Both the position numbers and the translations under genes were made by a program. Of a stretch of DNA of 124,000 bases, positions 50,713-62,800 are shown one piece after another. The notes under the pieces are model-generated. The model was not told the origin of the DNA, ran no database searches, and saw only the letters and a list, made by a program, of their open reading frames with translations. The DNA comes from Hyalangium minutum (GTDB lineage Bacteria; Myxococcota; Myxococcia; Myxococcales; Myxococcaceae), in NCBI RefSeq assembly GCF_000737315.1, contig NZ_JMCB01000006.1, positions 20,001 to 144,000 on the forward strand, written 5' to 3'. Position 1 is the stretch's first letter. Each line of letters starts with the position of its first letter.

Positions 50713-52089
50713 CTACGGCTGGATCTCGCGCACGCTCATCCACTTGAAGTCGACGTCGCTCGCGCTGTCCCAACGGAATGTTGCAATTGGGCCACCCCAC
50801 GTCATCGGCATGGCGGGATTGGAAGCTCCGCACTTACCGTGGTCGCCACCCCAGTCGCCCGCGTCCGTCATGTCGTAGATCTTCTTCCAGGTGACCTTGT
50901 CGGCGTTCTCGTTGAGGTACAGCTCGAGCTTCACGGCCGTCTTGCCGCCCGCGGTGACGTTGCGCATGACCGCCTTGAAGCCAACCCAGCGGCCCTTGAG
51001 CGAGCTGGTGGCGGGCTTGTACGGGGCCTGCTCGTAGCTGACGTGCCACGACTCCTTCTGCCAGCGCGTGCGCCCGTCATAGTGCAGCGCGCCCTTGTAC
51101 GAGGAGCCCTCGCACGGCACCGAGTCGTTGTGCTTGCCGCCGCGCGCGTACCAGTCGAAGTTGTCCGCCATGTCCGAGGCTGCGTTGAGCTTCACGAAGC
51201 CCGTCATCTCGATGTTCTTCCAGTCGTTGGCTGCCAGCATGTAGCCCTTGCTGGTCATCTGGTCCCGGTTGTACGTGGGGATCTTCCCCGCGCCGTAGCC
51301 GGTGGAGGTGAAGACGGACATGCGCACCTGGGTGGCCTTGATCTTCCAGGAGCCGTCCGCGTTCTTGGTGATGGGGTTCTGCGGATCGAAGCGAGAGTCC
51401 TTCGTCGGGTCCGCCGCCATCGCCCAGCTCTCACCGCCCGACTTCGTGGGGTAGATCATCGTCACACCGAACCCGTCCTTGCCCCCGGCGGGCGGAGTCG
51501 GGTCCGTCGGCGGAGTCGGGTCCGTCGGCGGAGCCGGGTCCGTCGGCGGAGTCGGGTCCGTCGGCGGAGTCGGCTCGGAGGTGCCGCCGCACCCGAGCAC
51601 GCGCATCTCGGAGATGCTGGCCCAGTTGTTGGTCGTGTTGCCTTTCACGGTGACCCTCACGTAGCGCGCGGGGGCAGCGGTGAAGGTGATGCGCTGCGCC
51701 TGATCCGAGCGGGCGCTCCGATTCGCGGCGACGTTGTAATAGGTGCTGCCATCGCGCGAGGTGGCCACCTCGTAGTTGTAGTTGCGCGTGGCGCCGCTGT
51801 GCCAGGTGACGTCCACAGCGCCCACCTGCTTCTCGGCGCCGAGATCCGCACGAATCCAGCAGCCGCTTCCATTGCAGGACCAGCGGGTGTCCGGTTTGCC
51901 GTCGAGCACGTTGGAGGGGACGTTGCCGTCATCTGCCTTGGCGGTGACGGCGGTGATGGGGACGTTCGTCGAGCAGGTGGTCTGGGCCCGCGCCGGAGTG
52001 GCGAGAGCCATCAGGGATAACACGCTGAGTGAGGGGATCAGCGCTCCGGAGAGGCGGCGCCAGGGGAGAGACTTCTTCGATCCGATCAA
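50713..52089 (-). CDS. Secreted F5/8 type C (discoidin/CBM32) protein with Pro/Thr linker and C-terminal beta-jelly-roll (polysaccharide-lyase-like) domain
   Basis: Signal peptide ending ARA-Q, NVLDGKPDTRWS...ARYVRV...WASISE discoidin. TTG start with GAGG upstream. Confidence 0.7.
   Translation of the reverse strand: MIGSKKSLPWRRLSGALIPSLSVLSLMALATPARAQTTCSTNVPITAVTAKADDGNVPSNVLDGKPDTRWSCNGSGCWIRADLGAEKQVGAVDVTWHSGATRNYNYEVATSRDGSTYYNVAANRSARSDQAQRITFTAAPARYVRVTVKGNTTNNWASISEMRVLGCGGTSEPTPPTDPTPPTDPAPPTDPTPPTDPTPPAGGKDGFGVTMIYPTKSGGESWAMAADPTKDSRFDPQNPITKNADGSWKIKATQVRMSVFTSTGYGAGKIPTYNRDQMTSKGYMLAANDWKNIEMTGFVKLNAASDMADNFDWYARGGKHNDSVPCEGSSYKGALHYDGRTRWQKESWHVSYEQAPYKPATSSLKGRWVGFKAVMRNVTAGGKTAVKLELYLNENADKVTWKKIYDMTDAGDWGGDHGKCGASNPAMPMTWGGPIATFRWDSASDVDFKWMSVREIQP
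51491..51576. repeat. 18-bp tandem repeat (~4.8 copies) encoding a PPTDPT linker
   Basis: GGCGGAGTCGGGTCCGTC repeated head to tail. Confidence 0.95.
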
Positions 52090-52336
52090 GTTCTGTGTTC
52101 CTCGGGTGAGGCCGCAGCTCCGCCTGCCCACTCCTAGAGGACTCCTGGAGCAGAGCGAGCACGGCTGACCGCGGCTGCGTTGTCGTCAGTGTCCCGCCAC
52201 AAGCGGAGAGCTCTCGCTCACCCGCTCATGACAGAACGCGTCGTTGCTGCAGTCCCGAGTACCGGATGTATTTTTGCTTTCTTCCCAAGCCGCGCGCGCG
52301 GTGTCTCTCGCCTGGAAGGTGGGTCCGGTGTGCGAC

Positions 52337-54187
52337 TCACTCCAGCAAGCGCATCACGACCGCCGAGGGCCCCTCTAGTCGCACGACACTGTCTCTCAGC
52401 GGAGACGTCTCCACGGCTCCACCGAAAGCAGGCGCCTCGCTCCACAGCACGACCTGTGCACGCGAGCCCGCAGGCAGGCGCTGCTCGAGCAAACCCTTCA
52501 CGTTGATGAAGGCAAGCAGCCGCTGACCCGCGCCTCGGCGCTCGAGGACGAGCGAGCTTGGGCCTAGCGCCCGCGCCTCGTAGCTGCCCCGGCTCTTCTC
52601 CTTCAGCGCGGGCTCGGTGGCGCGCAGCCACAGCAGCTCCCGGTAGAGCGCTCGGATCTGCGAGTGCGGCGGGCGCTCAGCCTCGGACCAGTCGAGGCGC
52701 GAGCGCTCGAAAGTCTCCTTCGCCTGCGGGTCTGGCACGGTGTCGCCCGCGAAGCGCTTGAAGCCGGCGAACTCCTTGCGGCGGCCCTCGGTGACGAGCC
52801 GCCCCAGCTCCTCGTTGTGGTCCGTGAAGTAGAGGAAGGGCGAGCGGGCGTTCCACTCCTGGCCCATGAACAGCAGCGGCGTGTACGGGGACAGCAGCAG
52901 CAGGGTGCTCATCGCCCGGTAGGCCGCCGGTGTCACATCGTGGCCGAGCCGCTCGCCATGGGCGCGGTTGCCCACCTGATCGTGGTTCTGGGTGCAGTGG
53001 ACGAAGCACCGGGGCGGTAGCTCGCCCGCCGGCGTGCCCCGCGCGTGGCCCTGGTTCTTCGACACCTGTCCCTCGTAGAACCAACCCTGACGGAGCGTGC
53101 GGGCGATGTCCTCCGCGCTGCCCGTATAGTCCTGGTAGTAGCCCTCGCTGTCGCCCGCGAAGGCGCGGCGCAGCTGGTGGTGCAGATCATCCGCCCAGAC
53201 GCCGTCCAGCCCCAGGCCGCCCGCAGAGGCCGGGCGAGGAAGCCGGGCCTCGTTACGCTCGTCCTCGGCGATCACCACCACGCGGCGTCCCGGCGCGGCG
53301 GCGCGGGCCCGGGCGGAGATCTCCGTCAGCAGGTGCGGCGAGCTGTCATCCACGATGGCGTGCGCCGCGTCCAGCCGCAGGCCGTCGGCGTGGTAGTCGC
53401 GGATCCACATGTCCACGTTGGAGAGCACCAACTCCCGCACGGGCGCGGAGTCCTTCCCGTCGTAGTTGACGGCATCCCCCCACGGGGTGTGGTGGCGGCC
53501 GGTGAAGTAGTGCGGCGAGTAGCAGCGCAGGTAGTTCCCGTCCGGCCCGAAGTGGTTGTAGACGGCGTCAATGAGCACGGCGAGCCCGTGCGCGTGCGCG
53601 GCATCGATGAGCTGGCGCAGCCCATTCGGACCGCCATAAGTGTGCTGCGGGGCGAACAGGTCCACCCCGTCGTAGCCCCAGTTGCGCGCGCCCGGGAAGC
53701 TGGCCAACGGCATGAGCTCCAGGGTGTTGATGCCCAGCTCTCGGAGCCCCTTCAGCTGGGGAATGAGCGCCTGGAAGGTGCCCTCGGGCGTCGCGGTGCC
53801 CACGTGCACCTCGTAGATGACGAGCGCATCCGGGTCCGGCCCCTTCCAGCCCGCGTCCGACCAGGCGAAGTCCGGGACCACCACCTCGGAGGGACCATGC
53901 ACGCCCTGCGGCTGGGAGCGGGACCAGGGGTCCGGAAACGGACCCTCCCCGTCCACGCGCAGCTTGTAGCGCACTCCCGCGCCCTGGCCCTCGAGCACGG
54001 CGCTGAAGTAGCCGCCCGGCTCGGCCGTCATCGGCAGCGCGCGGCCCGGCTTTCCCTCCGGGTCGTGCAGCACCACCTCCATGCTCCGGTGCTCGGGGGC
54101 CCAGACCCGCCACCGCACCCGAGGCCCTGCCTCCACCCACGCCCCCAGCCGAGGGACCGCTGCCCGTGACTCCTCCACTTGCGCCAT
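52337..54187 (-). CDS. treZ: Malto-oligosyltrehalose trehalohydrolase (GH13)
   Basis: RNWGYDGV, VYNHFGPDGNY, GLRLDAAHAI, NHDQVGNR, LFMGQEW. Confidence 0.93.
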   Translation of the reverse strand: MAQVEESRAAVPRLGAWVEAGPRVRWRVWAPEHRSMEVVLHDPEGKPGRALPMTAEPGGYFSAVLEGQGAGVRYKLRVDGEGPFPDPWSRSQPQGVHGPSEVVVPDFAWSDAGWKGPDPDALVIYEVHVGTATPEGTFQALIPQLKGLRELGINTLELMPLASFPGARNWGYDGVDLFAPQHTYGGPNGLRQLIDAAHAHGLAVLIDAVYNHFGPDGNYLRCYSPHYFTGRHHTPWGDAVNYDGKDSAPVRELVLSNVDMWIRDYHADGLRLDAAHAIVDDSSPHLLTEISARARAAAPGRRVVVIAEDERNEARLPRPASAGGLGLDGVWADDLHHQLRRAFAGDSEGYYQDYTGSAEDIARTLRQGWFYEGQVSKNQGHARGTPAGELPPRCFVHCTQNHDQVGNRAHGERLGHDVTPAAYRAMSTLLLLSPYTPLLFMGQEWNARSPFLYFTDHNEELGRLVTEGRRKEFAGFKRFAGDTVPDPQAKETFERSRLDWSEAERPPHSQIRALYRELLWLRATEPALKEKSRGSYEARALGPSSLVLERRGAGQRLLAFINVKGLLEQRLPAGSRAQVVLWSEAPAFGGAVETSPLRDSVVRLEGPSAVVMRLLE

Positions 54188-54359
54188 GCCTCTTCCTTTA
54201 ATGCGTGCCTGTCGTACCGAGGAGCACCTTGCATCAAAGTCCCTCCCTCTGGCGCCGGAAGATGTTCAGTGGTGGCCTACGGCACTGCGGACTTTGGGAC
54301 AGCCCCGGAGCCAGCTCACTCCAGGACCAGCTGACCATGGCGCTGGCCCCATACCGGAA

Positions 54360-54500
54360 CTGAACCTCTGCTGACAGGAGCCGCCGAGCCGGGTCCCTAG
54401 CAAGCAACCGCTGCGCGAGCACCTCGATCTCCATGAGGAGATCCAGCACTGGGCTGGTCAGCGCGGTGGGCTCGTCCTCGACCTGCACGAAGAGCACCTG
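54360..54500 (-). pseudogene. Remnant of a Ser/Thr kinase C-lobe
   Basis: Translates VLFVQVEDEP...RLLARDPARRLLSAE, aligning to VLFAQVEEEP...RLLAKRPSQRFQSAE of the adjacent kinase. No N-lobe. Confidence 0.6.
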
Positions 54501-54512
54501 CCGAAGCGCTCC

Positions 54513-56306
54513 TCACCGCTTCGAGAGGAACTGGCGCTCCCACTCCTCCAGCATCCTCGCCAGCTTCATGCGCTGCGCTCCTGTCGTCGCGGCGTCCGCC
54601 ATCTTCTGGATCTCCATCAGCCGGGCCATGGCAGGAGAGAAGACGGCTTGCTGGTCCTTCCGGCTCAACCGAATGGTTGCGTCCGCCAGCCGCTGCTGCA
54701 GCACGTCCGGATTGAGCTCGATGTTGGGCGTGGCAGGTGGGGCGGCCGGCTCGGGAGAGACCATGAGGGTGGGTGCCTCAGAGGCTTTGGCTGTCGAACT
54801 CTTCGACAGAGTTCCTGGCTGCTGCACACCGGAAGGAGGAGGCGAGGCTTGGACTCCGTTCGCCGTGTCCCGCCCAGGAACCTTCGCGGGCTCGGTCAGG
54901 GCAGCCTCCTTGCTCTGCGGCACAGCCCTCCCTCTGGGAAGAGCCGAAGGGCGCCTTTGCGCCAAGTGATCCTCCTTGGGAGGGGGCTGCACAGCCTGGG
55001 TGGCTATCACTGGCTCAACAGCCCTGGGCGCCTCCGCCTGCTGAGGAGGCGGGGGCGCCTGAACCGGCGGCGCAGGTTCCTTCTCGGCCCGGGCCACGGG
55101 GGGTGGCTCCGTGGGCAAAGCCCTTCGGCCAAACCCGCTCAATCCCACCACGCCTGAAGCAACTACCAGGGACGCGGCCCCCAAGCCCATGACCCACAGA
55201 CGCCTGGAGGGCTTGGAGGGCACAGGGGCCGTGGCCGGTCCACGCAAGGACGCGGTGGCTCCCGCGAGGGAAACGGGCGTCAGCAGGGTAACGGTGGGAG
55301 GGTACACAGGCTCTGCCGCAACCTGTGACCCCTTCCCTGCGCCCGTGTCCTGTCTCGAGAGAAACGCATCGAGTTCCCGCCGCACTTCCTCTGCAGACTG
55401 GAAGCGTTGCGAGGGGCGCTTGGCGAGCAGCCTCAACACAATGCGCTCCAGTTCCAGCGGAACCTCCGGCGCCAGCCTGGACGGCTTCGGGGGCTCTTCT
55501 TCCACCTGCGCGAAGAGCACCTTCATCTGCTCACCGATGAACGGGCGCCGGCCTGTGAGCAGCTGGAAGGCAATCACTCCCACGGCGTAGAGGTCCGCGG
55601 TGGGCTCCACCTTCTCACCCCGGATCTGCTCAGGCGACATGTACTCGGGAGTTCCCAGAATGTGGCCTGACATGGTCAGAGCGCTGACGGTCTGGGACTG
55701 CGTCACCTTCGCGATTCCGAAGTCGAGCAACTTCACGGAGTGCGCGCCCTCGGCCTCCTGCTTCAGGAACACATTGCCGGGCTTCAGATCGCGGTGAATG
55801 ACGCCCCCGCGGTGCGCCGCCCCCAGCGCCGCGAGCATCTCATCGAGGATCTTCGCCGCCTCAATGGCGCCGAGCCTCACTCGCTTTCGGAGATAGGCGT
55901 CCATCGACACTCCGTGGAGCAGCTCCATCACCACATATGGGCGGCCGTCGAAAAGCTGCCCAAAGCCAAAGATGTCGATCACTCCCCGGTGCTGGATGGC
56001 GTTGACCACTCGCGCCTCTACCAACAGCCGCTTGACCAGTTCCCCTGCTTCAGCCAGCTCCGCCTTCAGGACTTTGATGGCGACCTGCTTCCCAATGAGT
56101 GGCTGGACGGCCCGGTAGACGATCCCCATGCCGCCCGCGCCGATTCGTTCCTTGATGATGTACTCGCTGACCTGCGTCTCAAGGAGTGGATCCCCCCCTT
56201 GCTCTGGAGGAGACGAAGGCTCCAAGGCATGACCGTCCCATGGGCAGAACACCATGCCACTCGGCAGCTGCTTGCTGCAGGCTGGGCACTTCATGGCCTG
56301 CTCCAT
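54513..56306 (-). CDS. Membrane Ser/Thr protein kinase
   Basis: N-terminal CxxC...CxxD ribbon, GAGGMG, HRDLKPGN, DFG, TM, Pro-rich linker. GGGGGAA RBS before MEQAMKC. Confidence 0.9.
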   Translation of the reverse strand: MEQAMKCPACSKQLPSGMVFCPWDGHALEPSSPPEQGGDPLLETQVSEYIIKERIGAGGMGIVYRAVQPLIGKQVAIKVLKAELAEAGELVKRLLVEARVVNAIQHRGVIDIFGFGQLFDGRPYVVMELLHGVSMDAYLRKRVRLGAIEAAKILDEMLAALGAAHRGGVIHRDLKPGNVFLKQEAEGAHSVKLLDFGIAKVTQSQTVSALTMSGHILGTPEYMSPEQIRGEKVEPTADLYAVGVIAFQLLTGRRPFIGEQMKVLFAQVEEEPPKPSRLAPEVPLELERIVLRLLAKRPSQRFQSAEEVRRELDAFLSRQDTGAGKGSQVAAEPVYPPTVTLLTPVSLAGATASLRGPATAPVPSKPSRRLWVMGLGAASLVVASGVVGLSGFGRRALPTEPPPVARAEKEPAPPVQAPPPPQQAEAPRAVEPVIATQAVQPPPKEDHLAQRRPSALPRGRAVPQSKEAALTEPAKVPGRDTANGVQASPPPSGVQQPGTLSKSSTAKASEAPTLMVSPEPAAPPATPNIELNPDVLQQRLADATIRLSRKDQQAVFSPAMARLMEIQKMADAATTGAQRMKLARMLEEWERQFLSKR

Positions 56307-56615
56307 GGCATTTCCCCCAGCGGGTCGCTTGAGTCTCCAGAGTGGTGCCTCCAGAAGAGACGACGAGAGCACAAGGTCAAGCGTGCCTCACTCCCACTTT
56401 CGTACCAGCGAGCCTCTGCGCGTCCAGGGTTTGGGTTTCAACGAGCCCCCTGCTGAGCAAGTGGGCTCTGGGAATGCACGCCCTGGGTAAAGGAAAGCAG
56501 GCGGCCCACCAGGGCCCCGGTAGGAGGCCTCCCCCCTGAGCAGGGCAGCAGACACGGTCCGCCTCCCGGCCTCTCCATCCTTACGGTGAGTGGGAGAAAC
56601 GGGAGGCAGAACGCC

Positions 56616-56999
56616 ATGCATCACACCCGGGAAATTCCTCGCGAGGTCTGGTCCGACTATCTCACCCTGCTGAGCGGCATGAACCGCTCCCAGTGGGTTC
56701 GCATCGAGGCGGCCAGTATCGACATTGGTGAACAGCCCTTGGCCCAGCGCCTGCCGCTCATCGACATCTCCTACGTGGAGAAGGGCAGCGGACGAGATGC
56801 CATCGAGGTGACGGTGGGCCGTCCAGGCGAAGAAATCACCCACCGCATCTTCCACCCGGAGCGCATCTACGCGGACGAGAGTGAGAGCGGCGAGCTGGAG
56901 TGCCTGGACATCGAAGACACGGGGCGCACCAAGACGATCATCTTCTTCGAGCCCATGCAGGCCATCGACACGGTCTCGGACACGCAGCCGCAGGCCTGA
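56616..56999 (+). CDS. DUF5335 family protein
   Basis: REIPREVWSDYL...LIDISY.EKGS motif typical of the family; GGAGG RBS. Confidence 0.7.
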   Translation: MHHTREIPREVWSDYLTLLSGMNRSQWVRIEAASIDIGEQPLAQRLPLIDISYVEKGSGRDAIEVTVGRPGEEITHRIFHPERIYADESESGELECLDIEDTGRTKTIIFFEPMQAIDTVSDTQPQA

Positions 57000-57013
57000 G
57001 CGGCCGCGCACCC

Positions 57014-57050
57014 AAAAGAAAAGGGGCGGACCCCGCGAGGAGCCCGCCCC
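57014..57050 (-). terminator. Intrinsic terminator of the S8 protease gene
   Basis: GGGGCGG/CCGCCCC stem followed by TTTTCTTTT on the minus strand. Confidence 0.8.
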
Positions 57051-57075
57051 AGAATGCCCACCCAGCTCTCAGGAA

Positions 57076-58605
<1,530 letters not shown>

Positions 58606-58738
58606 GTGATTCCTCGAAATACCCACGGGGGATGGCCCGCAAAGACAAAGGCCAGAGCCGCGCCCCGTTGAGGAGCACGACTCCGGCCTTCAAGACTCCG
58701 CCGTGGCTCAAGTGGCCACGGAGTTCTTTGAAATCAGC

Positions 58739-59536
58739 TTACGGGTAGAGAGCGCGAGCGCCAGTCTTGTCGGAGCTGGTGAGGACCAGGTCGCCCGAGT
58801 TCGTGCCGGCGCACTGGGGGTAGTGCATGACCGACTTGGAGTCGTAGCTGGTGAGCGCGCGCCAGTTCGCATCCTCGTAGCAGCCGGTGGAGGACAGGCG
58901 GGTGTGCTCGTGGCGGAAGCCGATGGTGTGGCCCAGCTCGTGGCGCAGGATGCCGGCCAGGGTGTAGGGCGAGATGCTGCCGAAGGCGCTGGTGCTGATC
59001 AGCACGTTGCGGGCCGAGCGGCCCGAGTTGGGGAAGAACGCGCGGGCCAGGTAGCTGGTGTCGCTCGTCTGGCGCACGTCGAACAGCACGCCCGTCTGGC
59101 TCGCGGTGCAGTTGCTGTCGTAGGTGCTGGAGTGCACGAAGTTGACGTTGGCCGTGGCCTCCCAGGCGGAAGCGGCGCTGGTCATCGCGTTCACCACGGT
59201 GCTGTAGCGGCTGCCGAAGCTGGAGCTGCTCACGCAGTAGGTGAGGTTGCGCGCCTGGGTGGAGCTCCACTTGATGTCGCCGCCGATGTAATACACGGCC
59301 AGCTCGCCCTCGCTGTGGTTCGCGGCGACGTTGTTGTCGTAGTACTCCTTGAGCGCCTGCTCGTTCTCCACCGCGATGTCCATGTCGACGATGTAGACGT
59401 CGCCGTCACCCTTGACGGCCGAGGCCTTGAACTCCTCCCACGACATGGGCGTCTTCTCCTGCGCCATGTCCTCGGAGCCACCACAGCCAAAGAGGGCCAG
59501 ACCCGCCAGCATCGCAACGGAACGGAACTTGAGCAT
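58739..59536 (-). CDS. M57-like / matrixin-like zinc metalloprotease lipoprotein
   Basis: HELGHTIGFRHEH with SVMHY Met-turn; lipobox LFGC. Confidence 0.88.
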   Translation of the reverse strand: MLKFRSVAMLAGLALFGCGGSEDMAQEKTPMSWEEFKASAVKGDGDVYIVDMDIAVENEQALKEYYDNNVAANHSEGELAVYYIGGDIKWSSTQARNLTYCVSSSSFGSRYSTVVNAMTSAASAWEATANVNFVHSSTYDSNCTASQTGVLFDVRQTSDTSYLARAFFPNSGRSARNVLISTSAFGSISPYTLAGILRHELGHTIGFRHEHTRLSSTGCYEDANWRALTSYDSKSVMHYPQCAGTNSGDLVLTSSDKTGARALYP

Positions 59537-59618
59537 TCGTCTTCCTCGGGAAGCACTTCGGGGGATTGAGCCGGCCGCCTGGGACACCTGCAGCCGCGGC
59601 CGGCGCGCCTCTCCCTTG

Positions 59619-59634
59619 AGCAAGGCCCGGGCCA
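59619..59634 (-). promoter_or_regulatory. Candidate sigma-54 promoter of the metalloprotease gene
   Basis: TGGCCCGGGCCTTGCT fits TGGCACG-N4-TTGCW with one mismatch and exact GG-N10-GC spacing, ~80 nt upstream of the ATG. Confidence 0.6.
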
Positions 59635-59833
59635 AACCCCAGGACAACGAAAAATCAGGGTTTACCCAGCAGAGAGGGGGAAACCCGGAGTGCTCAGACT
59701 CCAATATTCTGAGACAAATCTGTAAAAGAATGTGACAGTCCTGCGAACAAGTGCCCGGAGAGACACCGAAAGTGTGACTTGCGAGGCCCTGACTCAAAAC
59801 AGGACAGGAGCGTCCTGGATTGAGACACCCCGC

Positions 59834-62800
59834 TCAGCGGGCCCGGCCCACGAGCGCGAGGAGCTGGGCGCCATAGCGCTGCACCAGCTTGGGGCCCACG
59901 CCCGGGATGGACATGAGCGTCTCGTTGTCCGCGGGGCGCGTGGCGGCGAGAGCCCCCAGCACGCGATCCGTGAGGATGCGGAAGGCGGGGATGCGCCGCC
60001 GCTTGGCCTCGCCCAGGCGCCACGCCTTGAGCGCCTCGACCAGCGCGGGGGAAGGCATGGGCTCGAAGGCGCCCGGCCCGGAGCGCCCGCCCCGCCCACG
60101 CCGCACGCCTACGTCATCCTCGTCCCACTCGGTGGTGAGCTCGGAAGAAGGCTCGGAAGAGGGCTTCGGGGTGCGCTCCCACGCGGAGGCACGCCGTGGC
60201 TTCTCCGAGCGCTTCGTCGCCGCCTGGGTGCGGCGGACGCGGCGCTTCTTGGGAGCCTTGGCCTGAGGCGCGGGCGCTGCTGGGAGCATCACCACATCCG
60301 GCGCGAGCACACGGGTGCGCTGGCCATCGGGGGTGAGCGTCAGCCGCTGGAAGGTGATGCGCTGGCCGTCCTTCTCGAAGGCGTCCTCGCTCAGCCGGGC
60401 CAGCCCGGCGCGCACGAGCCCTCCCACGAGCCGCTCGAACTCCCGGCGCGGCAGGGACTCACCAAAGAGCTCGCGGTGCAGGCGGCCCGTGGCCTGTCCA
60501 TCCCGCTCGTGCAGCGCGTCCAGGATGCGCCCGAGCGACTGAAGCTCACCCTCACCGGGCTCGGCGAAGCGCAAGGTGACGCACGTCTCAGGGGCGCACA
60601 CGTCACACAGCCCACAGGCCCTGCCCGAGTCCTGCACATCACCGAAATGCTCCACCAGGTGCCGCATCCGGCAGCCCGAGGCCTCCGCGTACCGGCCCAT
60701 CTGCTCCAGGTGGAGCAGCTTGCGCTCACGCTGGGCCCCATAGGGGGTGGCCCAGCCAGGCCGTCCCCGGTGGACCTGCTCATCTGGCGTCATCACCAGG
60801 CCACCGTGGATCCACAGTTGCTCGACGGCCTTGTCGAAGACCTCGGGCTCCATGCGGACCCGGGCCTGGAGCGCCTCCTTGGGCTCCAGCTGCTCGCGAG
60901 CGGCGCGGTAGAGGCCTTCGAGGACGCGGGGCTCGGGGTAGTCGCGTTGGTGGAAGAACTCGTGGGTGCGACGATCCACATAGGAGTGGAGCAGCACGGC
61001 GCGGGACAGCTTGCCATCCCGCCCCGCGCGTCCCAGCTCCTGGTAGTAGCCCTCGAGGCTCGAGGGCAGCGCGGCATGGAGCACGGTGCGCACGTCCGCC
61101 TTGTCGATGCCCATGCCGAACGCGGTGGTGGCGACGATGACCTTCACGCGGCCCTCGAGGAACGCGGCCTGGACGCGGTCTCGCTCCGCGGGCTGCATGC
61201 CCGCGTGGTACACGGCGGTGGGAAAGTCCGAGCTCAGCACCTCCGCGAACTGCTCGGCGTGCTTGCGCGTGGAGGCGTAGACGATGGCCGGGCGCCGCTC
61301 CGGTTCGGAGAGCACGTCACGGATGGCCTCGCCGCGCTGGCTCGGGGTGAGCTCGCGCACCTCGAGGGCGATGTTGGTGCGGCGGAAGCCGTGGATGAAG
61401 GTGCGCGCCGCGCCACCTCGAACGCCCTTCAGCCCGAGCTGCTGGACGATGTCCTTCTGCACGTCCGGCGTCGCCGTGGCGGTGAGGGCCACCACGGGGG
61501 CGGGGCGCAGCAGGGGCAGCCGCGCGCCGAGCAACCGGTAGTCGGGGCGGAAGTCATGCCCCCACTGGGAGATGCAGTGAGCCTCGTCGATGGCGATGAG
61601 CGCGGGCGGGCGGCGGGCCAGCAGCTCCACGAAGCCGGGCACGCCGAGCCGCTCGGGCGCAATGAAGAGAAAGTCCAGGTGGCCCTCGAGGTAGTCCGCG
61701 CACACCTGCCGGGAGGTGGCCCTGTCCCGCCCCGAGTGGATGCGCTCCGCCGCGAACCCGAGCGACTGGAGCCGCGTCACCTGGTCCTCCATGAGCGCGA
61801 TGAGCGGGCTCACCACGAGCGTCGTCCCCGCGCGCGCCAGGCCCGGCAACTGGTAGCACAGCGACTTGCCCGCTCCGGTGGGCATCACCAGCAGCAGGTC
61901 CTCCCCCATCGTGGCGGCCCGGCAGACATCCTCTTGATAGGGCCGGAAGTCTTCGAAGCCGAACGCCTCCTTGAGAAGCTTGCGGAGCTCACCGGGCGGC
62001 GTAGGGGCCCGAGGCACACGGCGAGGCCGGCCCGTCGCCGCCGCGGGTGCCGCCTCTGAACGCGCCCGAGAGGGAGACGCGGCACTCCTCTCGGGAGCCT
62101 CTCGCGAAGGCACCTCACCGGGTGCCACGGAAGCGGGCCGGGGAACCGGGGGCGGCCTCGGCGGCGAGCCCATGGGCACCTTGCCCACCACCTCGATGAC
62201 ATAGGCCTCGATGCTGCGCAGGAAGTCGGCGAGGTCGCCGCGCCCGCGCTCGATGCGCTGGAGCCACGCCTCCCACTGCCCCGTCATCGCGGGCGACTTC
62301 ACATCCGGATGAACGACCTCGATGAGCCGGATGCCCTTCTCCGTCGCCTCCAGCGACTTGCCCCGGCGGTGCAGGTATTCGCGCTCCAGCAGCACCTCGA
62401 TGATGGCGGCGCGCGTGGCCGGAGTGCCCAGCCCGGTCTCCTTCATCGCATCCGCCAGCTCCTTCTCATCCAGCGCCTTGCCCGCCGTCTCCATCGCCGT
62501 GAGCAGCGAGGCGTCCGTGAGGCGCGGTGGCGGCCGCGTGCGCTTCTTCACCGCCTCCACGTCCTCCACCTTCTGCGGCTGCCCCTGCTTCAGCCCGGCA
62601 GGCAGATCCTGCGAGTCCTCCTCCTCCTTGCCCTCGCCCTCCTCCTTGTCCTTCGCGTCCTTGGCGGTGCGCTCCTTGGGAGGCTTCACCCCGCCCACGT
62701 CCAGCACCTTCCACCCCGCGCGCACCACCTGGGTGCCCGAGCTGTGGAACCGGTCCACCCGCGCCGCTCCACCGGCCGGCCCCTGCGAGCTCACCGCGGT

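Noticed and set aside
51491-51576. Regular short repeat resembling a CRISPR or VNTR element
   Set aside because: No spacers. It is in frame and encodes a Pro/Thr linker.
58638-58654. Sigma-54-like TGGCCT...TTTGCG upstream of the S8 protease
   Set aside because: GG to GC spacing is 11 nt, not 10.
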